A stretch of 64,000 nt of DNA, taken from an uncultured bacterium. Lineage in GTDB: Bacteria; Krumholzibacteriota; Krumholzibacteriia; LZORAL124-64-63. Positions 18,060-26,237 of this stretch are shown piece after piece; position 1 is the first letter of the stretch; the number at the start of each line of letters is the position of its first letter. The position numbers and the translations under genes are program-made. Below the pieces are notes generated by a model. The model searched no databases and was not told the origin of the DNA. It saw only the letters and a list, made by a program, of their open reading frames with translations. The stretch is from the NCBI GenBank assembly GCA_937910695.1, contig CALEMW010000148.1, positions 237 to 64,236 of the forward strand. The letters run 5' to 3'.

Positions 18060-19423
18060 CGGTTCCTCCCCCGCTGTTTCGAGAGGTAGAGCATTTGGTC
18101 GGCGACGCGGTACAGGGTCTGATGATCTTCACCGCCCTCGGGGAAGGAGACGCCGCCGAAGGAAATCGTCGTGCGGATCGGCTCGGGATGGTTCGGGTCG
18201 GTGAGCCTGAGGTTGGCGATCCGAACCTGGATTCGGGTCACGACGTCGCGGGCCGCTTCCATGGTCGTGTCGGGCAGCACAAGGGCGAACTCTTCGCCGC
18301 CGACCCGGCAGACGATGTCGATGCGTCGCAGCCCCTGCAGCAACTCGCGAGCCACGGTCTTGAGGACCCGGTCCCCCATCTGATGACCGTAGGAATCGTT
18401 GACGTGCTTGAAGTGATCAATGTCCCCGAGCAGCAGCACCAAACTCGAATCCTGCCGCTTGCAGCGCTCCAGCTCCAGGGAGAACTGGGTGTCGAAGTAA
18501 CCTCGGTTGCGCACTCCGGTGAGCTGGTCCGTGTGAACGAGACGGTTCATCAGCAGTCGCTGATGCCAGCTGTGGGTGACGAACCGCGAAAGCCTGAGAC
18601 CCAGGGTTCTGAGTTGGTCGCCCGGCATGGCATGCCGGCTCAGGATGTAGAGCAGCCCGATTTCTTCCTGTTCCGATCCTGCAATGTGCTGCTCGTCGCT
18701 CGTGGGCGGGAAGACGGGCACCGCCACGGCGGCGGTGAACTTCGCCTCCGCATCTTCGGTGGTCAGAGCGGCGAGTTCCTGCAGGGGAGCCGGCAGCTCG
18801 GACATCTCCGTGATGGTCACGATCTCGCCGCGGACTCGTGTCGCGGCCCAGAATGGCCGGGCCATATCGCTGACCGAAAACAATCTGTCAGCCCGTTCCG
18901 GGGGTAGGTTTGGGTGATGGAGCTCGACGAAGATCTCGAGATCGCTCAGATAGCCGGCGAGCATGTCGAGAACGGGCCCGAGCCATGCTCCGGCGCCGGA
19001 TCCGCCGCCGGGAGATACCTGCAGGGCCTGAGCGGTCTCCATGGCATGCAGAAGGCGTTCCTGAGCCTCGAAATCCATATCGGACATCGGGAGGGGGATC
19101 TCACCGCGGACCCCGGCAGGAGCTTCCCGAGATTTGGACTCGGCAGGTGACGTCTCTGCAGTCATCGTTCCGGGATCGAACAGCGGCGTGAGATCGAGCA
19201 GCCCTGTATGACCGCGCAGGGCATGGTATGCCTTATCGGATCCATTGCCGCTCTTGGTCGTCACCTTCACGAGATCCCCGCGCCGCATCAACGCCTGCAC
19301 GGTGCTGCGTCCGCTGCGGAGCATCGTGCCCCTGTCACGCGAAGCCAGCGCGCGTTGGATCGATGCTCGTTGCATCGGTCCGAGGCGGGCGTGAGCGAGG
19401 AACTGCTTGAGCAGAGATTCCAA
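17996..19423 (-). CDS. Diguanylate cyclase (GGEEF) with N-terminal GAF-like region
   Basis: TDQLTG, DIDHFKHVNDSYGH and RRID-x5-GGEEF (active site plus I-site). TTG start after AGGGAG. Confidence 0.92.
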   Translation of the reverse strand: MESLLKQFLAHARLGPMQRASIQRALASRDRGTMLRSGRSTVQALMRRGDLVKVTTKSGNGSDKAYHALRGHTGLLDLTPLFDPGTMTAETSPAESKSREAPAGVRGEIPLPMSDMDFEAQERLLHAMETAQALQVSPGGGSGAGAWLGPVLDMLAGYLSDLEIFVELHHPNLPPERADRLFSVSDMARPFWAATRVRGEIVTITEMSELPAPLQELAALTTEDAEAKFTAAVAVPVFPPTSDEQHIAGSEQEEIGLLYILSRHAMPGDQLRTLGLRLSRFVTHSWHQRLLMNRLVHTDQLTGVRNRGYFDTQFSLELERCKRQDSSLVLLLGDIDHFKHVNDSYGHQMGDRVLKTVARELLQGLRRIDIVCRVGGEEFALVLPDTTMEAARDVVTRIQVRIANLRLTDPNHPEPIRTTISFGGVSFPEGGEDHQTLYRVADQMLYLSKQRGRNRCHFWRADGDPLLTLPHYESS

Positions 19424-19503
19424 AACGGGCTCCCTAAAGGTACGGAGGTTCCCAAGACCGTGCTGATCGCCTATATTATGGATCGCCGACCCGGACCATC
19501 CTA

Positions 19504-19536
19504 GCAACAATTATGACATATTGTTATTATTGTTGC
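19504..19536. repeat. AT-rich imperfect palindrome in divergent promoter region
   Basis: GCAACAATTATGACA-TAT-TGTTATTATTGTTGC; 13 of 15 positions complementary. Confidence 0.7.
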
Positions 19537-19596
19537 AAACAGAACAGTCCTGTACGCGTCCGGGTTCCCGCCTTTCTGGCAAGGAGGCCAGTGTCG

Positions 19597-21318
19597 ATGC
19601 ATTCCGCTTCGTCTCGCACATCAATGCTTATCGTCATGCTGCTCATCATGATGGGTTGCTCCAGAATCCATCGTACAGAGTCTCCAGACGGGGCGATGCT
19701 GCCCGTAGCGACCCTTCCGACGGCGGTGGTCGCTGCGGACACCGTGGTCGCCGACATCGAACCTCTACCGCTGGTGTCGATACCCCCGGAGAGCGTAGAA
19801 AGCACCTTGGCCTCCGTCCTTCACGACCGTCCGGACCTCGAAGAACTCGATCATCTCTATCGCCAGGCCCTCGAACTCCTCGCCCGGCGCCAGTTCGAGC
19901 CGGCGGAAGACGTGCTCTATCTGCTCCGCGATGAAGCAGTGGCCACCGTCCCCGCCGATCACGACAGCATCGCCGCCGCCTACCTCTCCAGCCTGGAGCG
20001 TCGCGTGTCGCTGTTGGCCGGAGTCGTTGCCGAAGAGCGCGTGCTGGACATGGCAGTCGTCGCTGACGACTCCCTGCTCGGGGCCGCCTATGCCGGTGTC
20101 CGCGGTCTGGCCTTTCCCGACTCCCTGATCCCCGTATCGGGAGCCGCCCGACGGGCCATCGAAACGGATCTTCTCGCGGTGGACAACGAAGCGGTCCAGC
20201 GGTGGATCGACTACTTCAGCGGCGACGGCAAGCGTCACTTCGAAATCTGGCTCTCCCGCAAGAGCGAAGTCGATTCCCTGGTCTACGCCGAACTCGATGC
20301 CGCGGGACTCCCCCGTGAACTCATCTACCTCGCCGCCATCGAGAGCGGGTTCAATCCCCGAGCTCGTTCCGGCGCCAACGCCGTCGGGCCCTGGCAGTTC
20401 ATGGCCGGTACGGCCCGTCACTTCAAGCTGCGGTGCGACTGGTGGGTGGATGAACGCCAAGACATGCTGCTGGCGACGCAGGCCGCCGCCAAGTACCTCA
20501 GCCAGCTCTACAATCACTTCGGAGATTGGGCCCTCGTGCTGGCCGCCTACAATGCCGGCGAAGGACGCGTCGATCGGGCGATGACACGCAGCGCACACGA
20601 CAATTTCTGGGAGCTGCACCTGCCGCCGCAGACTCGCAACCACATCCCGAAATTCATCGCCGTGGCCCGTTTGGGTGAGAACCCCGATGCCTATGGGCTC
20701 ACAGTGGAGTCGCGTCCCGACATGGGCTTCGACATCGTGGACGTGACCGACGCCACCGACCTCGACCTCATCGCCCGCTGCGCCGGCGTTCCCGCCGAGG
20801 AAGTGCATGCCTTGAACACCGGGCTCATCCGCGGGGCCACTCCCCCCGGCAAGACGGACTATCCGGTCAAAGTCCCGCGCGGCACCGGTCAGATATGCCT
20901 GCAGAAGTTGCTCAGAATCCCCCTGGAGGAGCGCCTGACCTGGCGGCGTCACACCGTTCAGAATGGCGAAACTCTCGGCGCCATCGCGGGGCACTACGGC
21001 ACCTCGGTGCAGGACGTGGCCCGGCTCAACAAGATCATCGACGTGAAGCTCATCCACCCCGGCGACAAACTGCTCATCCCCATGCCCGGCTCGCTGGCCG
21101 AACGTGTGGCGGGCAGGGCCAAGGAAGCCGGTTACTACGTTCCGCCCACGGGACACGAACGCGTTGCCTACAACGTGAAAACGGGCGACACCCTCAGCGG
21201 TATCGCCCGAAAACTCGGTGTGACTTTGGCCCATCTGCGCCGGGTCAACAACATGCACGGATCGAGCTTCATCAAGCCCGGTCAGCGGCTCTTCGCCTAC
21301 CGACCCCCGCGCTCCTAG
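19597..21318 (+). CDS. mltD: MltD-like lytic transglycosylase lipoprotein with LysM domains
   Basis: Lipobox-like MMGC; IESGFNP, GPWQFM, VDER and AYNAGEG; two clear C-terminal LysM repeats; AAGGAGG RBS. Confidence 0.9.
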   Translation: MHSASSRTSMLIVMLLIMMGCSRIHRTESPDGAMLPVATLPTAVVAADTVVADIEPLPLVSIPPESVESTLASVLHDRPDLEELDHLYRQALELLARRQFEPAEDVLYLLRDEAVATVPADHDSIAAAYLSSLERRVSLLAGVVAEERVLDMAVVADDSLLGAAYAGVRGLAFPDSLIPVSGAARRAIETDLLAVDNEAVQRWIDYFSGDGKRHFEIWLSRKSEVDSLVYAELDAAGLPRELIYLAAIESGFNPRARSGANAVGPWQFMAGTARHFKLRCDWWVDERQDMLLATQAAAKYLSQLYNHFGDWALVLAAYNAGEGRVDRAMTRSAHDNFWELHLPPQTRNHIPKFIAVARLGENPDAYGLTVESRPDMGFDIVDVTDATDLDLIARCAGVPAEEVHALNTGLIRGATPPGKTDYPVKVPRGTGQICLQKLLRIPLEERLTWRRHTVQNGETLGAIAGHYGTSVQDVARLNKIIDVKLIHPGDKLLIPMPGSLAERVAGRAKEAGYYVPPTGHERVAYNVKTGDTLSGIARKLGVTLAHLRRVNNMHGSSFIKPGQRLFAYRPPRS

Positions 21319-22382
21319 AAGCCGACGGTCAGGCTGACGCGGTGCGTGGATTCCTGGATCCCCAGGGTGTCCCCCGCGTAGGCGTAGTCCACCACCAGCC
21401 GCGACAGCATGAAGCCGGCGCCGGCCGTGACATCTTCCGATCCCCAGCCGCTGTCGAAGCCACCGCGGACAAAGACCTTGCCGCCGACTCCCACTTCCAT
21501 GCCCGAGTGCATGTTCGTGCTCATCGAACCGCTCGCGTACTGGTCGGCAAGGTTGCCGCGGTTCTCGAACCGTGTCTCGAAGCTGGTGGCGATCAGGACC
21601 GTAGCGTCCCACTGAGGCAGGTCGACACGGTAGGCCAGGCCTGGGATGACGGCCGGTGCGATGATCTCATGTTTGCCTGTGTCCCAGGACAGATATGTGG
21701 TGGTGATGTCCTGGAGCTTCAACCCCACGTCAAGATTGCGCCAGATGCCCTGCCGCAACAGACCGATGTCCATGCCGATGCCGAAGCTCGAATAGATGCC
21801 CACGTTCTGCGAGATCAGCTTCAAGGATCCGCCCAGCCGCCATGAACCCATCAGTTCAGCATAGGACACGAACAATCCGTACTCGGAATCACTGACCCAT
21901 TCGATGTCATCACGGTACTCGAAGAGTCCGAGCAGTTCGTCATCGTCGACCTCGCCGTCACCGTTGACGTCGAGGGCGTCCTCGAGGTGGCTCGTCAACG
22001 GGATATCGTCCACGCCGAGACGGATCAGAGAAATGCCGAATCCCGACTCCTCGCCGCCGAAAAGGGACCAGCCCACAGGCTGTACATACGAAACATAATC
22101 GCGGTCGACCAATCCGCCGAAGCGCTCTGCGTGCATCAACAGCAACGAGCGCTCGGTCGTCAGACTCAGACCGGCAGGGTTCCAGTACGCGGCGGAAGGG
22201 TCGTCGGACACCGCCGTAAAGGCGCCGCCCAGAGCGAGGGCACGAGCGCCGCCGCCGTCATCCATGAAGGCGCCCGCATACTTGTCGGCGGCCGCGGTCC
22301 CGCATAAGGCGATGATCAGCAGCAAGGCCGCCATCGCCTTCGTCATGTACCTACCAGGATGATCCGTCCGGAATCTCCGCAT
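21315..22382 (-). CDS. PorV/PorQ-family outer-membrane beta-barrel
   Basis: GARALALGGAFTAVSDDPSAAYWNPAGL; C-terminal VDYAY...THRVSLTVGF; signal peptide. Confidence 0.8.
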   Translation of the reverse strand: MRRFRTDHPGRYMTKAMAALLLIIALCGTAAADKYAGAFMDDGGGARALALGGAFTAVSDDPSAAYWNPAGLSLTTERSLLLMHAERFGGLVDRDYVSYVQPVGWSLFGGEESGFGISLIRLGVDDIPLTSHLEDALDVNGDGEVDDDELLGLFEYRDDIEWVSDSEYGLFVSYAELMGSWRLGGSLKLISQNVGIYSSFGIGMDIGLLRQGIWRNLDVGLKLQDITTTYLSWDTGKHEIIAPAVIPGLAYRVDLPQWDATVLIATSFETRFENRGNLADQYASGSMSTNMHSGMEVGVGGKVFVRGGFDSGWGSEDVTAGAGFMLSRLVVDYAYAGDTLGIQESTHRVSLTVGF

Positions 22383-22480
22383 ATCGTCCTCTCATTCCCA
22401 GGGGAGGGAAGAATGGGGGTGGCGGCACAGGCCGCTTGATCCTCCATCATGATAGACCGTTCCGGGACCGGAAGCCAGCC

Positions 22481-23989
22481 TCAGACCAGTCCATACCTGC
22501 GAATCTTACGGTACAGGGTCCGTTCCGAAATGCCCAGACGTTCCGCAGCTTGACGCCTGCGGCCACCGGTCGCCCTCAAGGCAGCCTCGATCAGGGCCCG
22601 TTCAGCGCTTTGAAGGTCCCCGCCCTCGTGGATGGGTTCGGTGGAATAGCCGCTATCGCCTGCATAGGTATCAACGACCGAGCCGGACAACGTATCGCGC
22701 CAACCCTCGGCCCGCGGTTCTCCCAGAAGACGAGCCTTGATCTCTTTAACATCGTTGCGGAGCTCCCACAATGTCCTGGTGAGGATCTCCATGTCGAGAC
22801 CGTCGCGCAGCACCGTCCCCATCGGAACCGGAACATTGGGAGAGCTGCCCGTGTGGGCGACCGCTTCAATGATGTCGAGAGGCAGGTCGTCCACTTCGAT
22901 CATACCGCTCTGCTTCAAGACAACCAGCGAACTGATAACGTTGCGGAGTTCTCGAATGTTCCCCGGCCAGCGGTACTGTTCGAGCACACGGAGCGCCGGT
23001 TTGGAAAGTCCCCGTAGTTTCAGGCCGTGCCGTTTGTTCTCCTGGTCGAGGAACGTCTGGGACAGAACCAGCACATCCTCGATGCGGTCCCGCAGCGGCG
23101 GTGTGGGGATCACGACCACGCGCAGGCGGTAGTAGAGATCCTGGCGGAAGCGTCCGGAGTCAACGTCGGCGGCCAGATCGCGATGCGTGGCGGCCACGAG
23201 TCTGATATCGCTGTGCAGAGTCTCGGAGCCCCCGACGGGTGTGAACTCGCCCGTTTCCAGCGCCCTGAGAAAGCGGGTCTGCATGCCGAGGGGCATTTCG
23301 GCGACCTCATCGAGAAAAAGGGTGCCGCCGTCCGCACGCTGGAACACGCCTTCATGGCGTTGCACCGCCCCGGTGAATGCGCCCTTGGCATGGCCGAACA
23401 GTTCACTCTCGAGCACCCCCTCGCTCAGGGCGCCGCAGTTCACGCTGAGGAACGGACGGTCAGCACGAGAGGAGTGCTCATGGATCGCCTGGGCGACGAG
23501 CTCCTTCCCCGTGCCGCTTTCACCCAGGATCAAGACGTTGACGTCGAGAGGGGCCGCCTGGGCGATCAGGGCGATCATCTGCTGCACGGCCGACGAGCGG
23601 CCGGCGATGCCGCTGCGGGTGCGCACGCTGCGCAGACGAAGGAGGCGTTCCATGACGTTGCGCAGCTCTTCAGGGGACGCCGTCAGGTCCAGGCGGCGGA
23701 TGCGCCCGCGCCGCGGAATCTCGTTGCGGTCCGAAAGCACAGCCGGATCGCCGAGAACGATGAGGTCGGCGTCGCCCTTCATGGCTTGGAACGTGTCGAT
23801 GATATGACCGGTGTTCTGATAGCCGCTGGTATCGAACAGGAACAAAGCCCCGAGGCCGTCGGCAAATGCGGCCAGAGCTTCCGATGGCGACTCGTGGATA
23901 TAGAGATCCACGGCTGGCAGCTGCCAGTCGGCGAGAATTTTGTAGAGAGCGGGGTTACGGCCCAGAAGTACAACGAGATTCGAGTCCAC
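22481..23989 (-). CDS. Sigma54-dependent enhancer-binding protein with degenerate receiver-like N-terminus
   Basis: GESGTGKE, GAFTGA, LFLDE, FRQDLYYRL, WPGNIREL and a Fis-type HTH. Confidence 0.95.
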   Translation of the reverse strand: MDSNLVVLLGRNPALYKILADWQLPAVDLYIHESPSEALAAFADGLGALFLFDTSGYQNTGHIIDTFQAMKGDADLIVLGDPAVLSDRNEIPRRGRIRRLDLTASPEELRNVMERLLRLRSVRTRSGIAGRSSAVQQMIALIAQAAPLDVNVLILGESGTGKELVAQAIHEHSSRADRPFLSVNCGALSEGVLESELFGHAKGAFTGAVQRHEGVFQRADGGTLFLDEVAEMPLGMQTRFLRALETGEFTPVGGSETLHSDIRLVAATHRDLAADVDSGRFRQDLYYRLRVVVIPTPPLRDRIEDVLVLSQTFLDQENKRHGLKLRGLSKPALRVLEQYRWPGNIRELRNVISSLVVLKQSGMIEVDDLPLDIIEAVAHTGSSPNVPVPMGTVLRDGLDMEILTRTLWELRNDVKEIKARLLGEPRAEGWRDTLSGSVVDTYAGDSGYSTEPIHEGGDLQSAERALIEAALRATGGRRRQAAERLGISERTLYRKIRRYGLV

Positions 23990-24026
23990 GGCCCCTCCTG
24001 CACATTTGTCATGTCAACTCGTCCCC

Positions 24027-24054
24027 ATCATAACAAAGAGGCCCGGGTTTTCAA
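24027..24054 (-). promoter_or_regulatory. Putative sigma70 promoter for the EBP gene
   Basis: TTGAAA-N16-TATGAT with extended -10 TG; overlaps the terminator hairpin. Confidence 0.5.
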
Positions 24055-24065
24055 GCCCGGGCCTC
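24032..24065 (-). terminator. Intrinsic terminator ending the flagellar export operon
   Basis: GAGGCCCGGG-8nt-CCCGGGCCTC followed by TTTGTT, just after the stop at 24076. Confidence 0.8.
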
Positions 24066-24075
24066 CAAATGGATG

Positions 24076-24549
24076 TCAGTGGGTTGCGAGCAGGGAGTCT
24101 TCGGCGTGGGATTCGGACATGGGCGCTTCCTGACGAGCGACCTCTTCGAGTGTATCGGCGGCCCGCCGCAGACGAGTGAGGTAGACTGTCAGCTGGCGTT
24201 CGCTCAATACGGTACGGTTCCCGGCGCTGGGCGAGATGTTCGTCACGTCGGTCTGGCTCGATTCCGGCTCCGTAGGCCTCCGCGCCGCTTCCGCTTTGTA
24301 GGCATCGATGCCCTGGGGAACAGGTTTCGACTTTTGGGGCGATTCGGAAACCGGAGAGATCGTCGGCGCGGGGCCGCGGGCTTTACGCCGAAACCCGAGG
24401 GCAACCTTCAGCACGGTGATCGCCGGAATGCCTCGCCGCATCTGGGCCCAGAACGCCACCACCACGGCGGTCCCTCCCAGTGCCAGCAATACGGCCGTCA
24501 GCCAGGCCAAAGCTCCGTTTCCGTCCTGCAACATGCCGATGATATCCAT
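24076..24549 (-). CDS. Hypothetical single-pass membrane protein
   Basis: GGAGGA RBS; N-terminal TM segment, Pro/Ser-rich linker, and C-terminal helix YLTRLRRAADTLEEVA. Confidence 0.7.
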   Translation of the reverse strand: MDIIGMLQDGNGALAWLTAVLLALGGTAVVVAFWAQMRRGIPAITVLKVALGFRRKARGPAPTISPVSESPQKSKPVPQGIDAYKAEAARRPTEPESSQTDVTNISPSAGNRTVLSERQLTVYLTRLRRAADTLEEVARQEAPMSESHAEDSLLATH

Positions 24550-24569
24550 GATTCCTCCAGCCGCTTCGT

Positions 24570-24893
24570 TCACGCCTTGATGTCGAGCCGCAGTCCGATT
24601 TCTTCGCCGGATTCACTGCGTTGGTCCAGGTCGTTCCTCAACGCGGATTCGGCGTCCTCCGCTTCATGATGACTTGGGTGCCGTCGTCCGTCGTCCTTGT
24701 TCTTCTCCGGATCCACCTTGCTCTTCTGCGCTTCCTCGGTCTCGCGCACCTTCTCGACGCGGCTCTCCTTCTCCCCGGGCTTCTTGGCGTGCTCGGGGCC
24801 GGTGTTGTGCACCTGCTGGGCTTTGAGCTGCGTCCTGGCCACGCTTCCCATCTGCGCGATGGTCGTCTTGACCGCGAATCCGTCGCCGTTCAT
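24570..24893 (-). CDS. Hypothetical charged protein downstream of fliA
   Basis: RBS overlaps the fliA stop; highly charged; ends GLRLDIKA. Confidence 0.75.
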   Translation of the reverse strand: MNGDGFAVKTTIAQMGSVARTQLKAQQVHNTGPEHAKKPGEKESRVEKVRETEEAQKSKVDPEKNKDDGRRHPSHHEAEDAESALRNDLDQRSESGEEIGLRLDIKA

Positions 24894-24903
24894 GCCTCGC
24901 CTC

Positions 24904-25863
24904 CTATCCCAACCAGCGGACCGCCTCGAGCCAGGGTACCCTGAGATCGACGAGCACCTCGGCCAGAGGGATCAGCGACACGACGGCGAAACCCGCCATG
25001 AGATTGAGAGACTTGATGTCCAGTTCGTCCCGATTCGAAGCCTGCTTCTTGCGGGAGTCGCTCAGATCCTTCGAGAGGCGGCCGATGGTCTTCTTGCCGG
25101 CCGGCTGAAGCAATTTGCTCTTGAGCCGCATGACAGCCTTGGTGTGGATCTGGCAGACGCGGGATTCGGTCACGTCGAGGATGGCGCCGATCTCCTTGAG
25201 GGTCAGATCCTCATAGTAATAAAGGATCAGCACCAACTGCTCCTTCTCAGGCAGTTCCTCGAGTCCGCTCGCGATCAGCTGGATCATCTCCTGTGAGGAG
25301 ACCTTTTCCTCGATGTCTTCGGCTTTCGGATCAGGCAGGTAATCGCCGAGGGACGAGGAGTCGTCACCGTCTCCGGAGCTGTCCGCGTCGAGGGAGATGA
25401 TCGTGGCCACGGACACCTCATCGATCATCGTGCTGAGCTCGTTGCGGCTCAGTCCGAGCTCGGCGGCGAGTTCCTCGTCGGTGGCCGGACGACCGAAGCG
25501 GGCCTCGAGGTTCGTGTACGCCTCTTCGAGCTGGCGCGCCTTGCGGCGCAAAGAACGCGGGAACCAATCCTGCGATCGCAGCTCGTCGAGAATCGCACCC
25601 CTGATGCGCGGGATGGCGTAGGTTTCGAACTTGATGCCGCGGTCGGCGTCGAAGTTGTCGATGGCCTGGATCAACCCCAACAGACCGGCCGACACCAGGT
25701 CGCTTTGGTCCACGTAATGCGGAAGCCCGATGGCCATGCGGCCAGCCACGTATTTGACCACGCGCGCATAGATCTCCACCAGCTTCTGGCGGGCGTCCCA
25801 ATCGGCGTCGGCAGCGACGCGATCCCATAGTTCTCGGTGTGCGAGTGTATCCGTCTTCAGCAT
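24904..25863 (-). CDS. fliA: Flagellar sigma factor sigma28 (FliA/WhiG) with C-terminal extension
   Basis: FETYAIPRIRGAILDELR, DWFPRS and TESRVCQIH. Start set at MLKTD, downstream of a sigma54 motif. Confidence 0.96.
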   Translation of the reverse strand: MLKTDTLAHRELWDRVAADADWDARQKLVEIYARVVKYVAGRMAIGLPHYVDQSDLVSAGLLGLIQAIDNFDADRGIKFETYAIPRIRGAILDELRSQDWFPRSLRRKARQLEEAYTNLEARFGRPATDEELAAELGLSRNELSTMIDEVSVATIISLDADSSGDGDDSSSLGDYLPDPKAEDIEEKVSSQEMIQLIASGLEELPEKEQLVLILYYYEDLTLKEIGAILDVTESRVCQIHTKAVMRLKSKLLQPAGKKTIGRLSKDLSDSRKKQASNRDELDIKSLNLMAGFAVVSLIPLAEVLVDLRVPWLEAVRWLG

Positions 25864-25897
25864 TGGTCGCCTTTCCTGTTGGATGTTCGTCTGGTTC

Positions 25898-25913
25898 TGC
25901 ATGTTTCGTGCCA
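25898..25913 (-). promoter_or_regulatory. Sigma54 promoter upstream of fliA
   Basis: TGGCACGAAACATGCA (GG-N10-GC). Confidence 0.7.
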
Positions 25914-25928
25914 TGGTCGGCTGCTGAA

Positions 25929-26234
25929 TCAGACGGACGACTCCGCTTCTTCATCTTCCTTGTGCATCTTTGCGTACTGCAGCTCGTCAGCGGCTTTCTG
26001 TTGGGCTTTCTTCAAAGCCAGATCACGGCTCCTTTTCAGGCTCGCCTCGCGGATCCATTCCTCTTCGATGCCAGCCTTGAACACGAACGCCAGCAGGGAA
26101 CCCACGATGAAGAAGGCGAAATAGGCGATCGCCGCCCGCTTGAAAGTCACGAGCACACCGTAATCCCGCCACAGAGCCATGCCGGCCGCCACAAGGGCTG
26201 CGGTCATGGCGATTGTATTGACGAGACGTTGCAT
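25929..26234 (-). CDS. Small two-TM membrane protein, positional FlgV-like candidate
   Basis: Two hydrophobic helices and a charged tail; lies between flhF and fliA, where flgV is found in Campylobacterota. Confidence 0.65.
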   Translation of the reverse strand: MQRLVNTIAMTAALVAAGMALWRDYGVLVTFKRAAIAYFAFFIVGSLLAFVFKAGIEEEWIREASLKRSRDLALKKAQQKAADELQYAKMHKEDEEAESSV

Positions 26235-26237
26235 GGA

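Noticed and set aside
19504-19536. Possible dif site
   Set aside because: No good match to the XerD arm TTATGTTAAAT with a 6-bp core; kept only as a palindrome.
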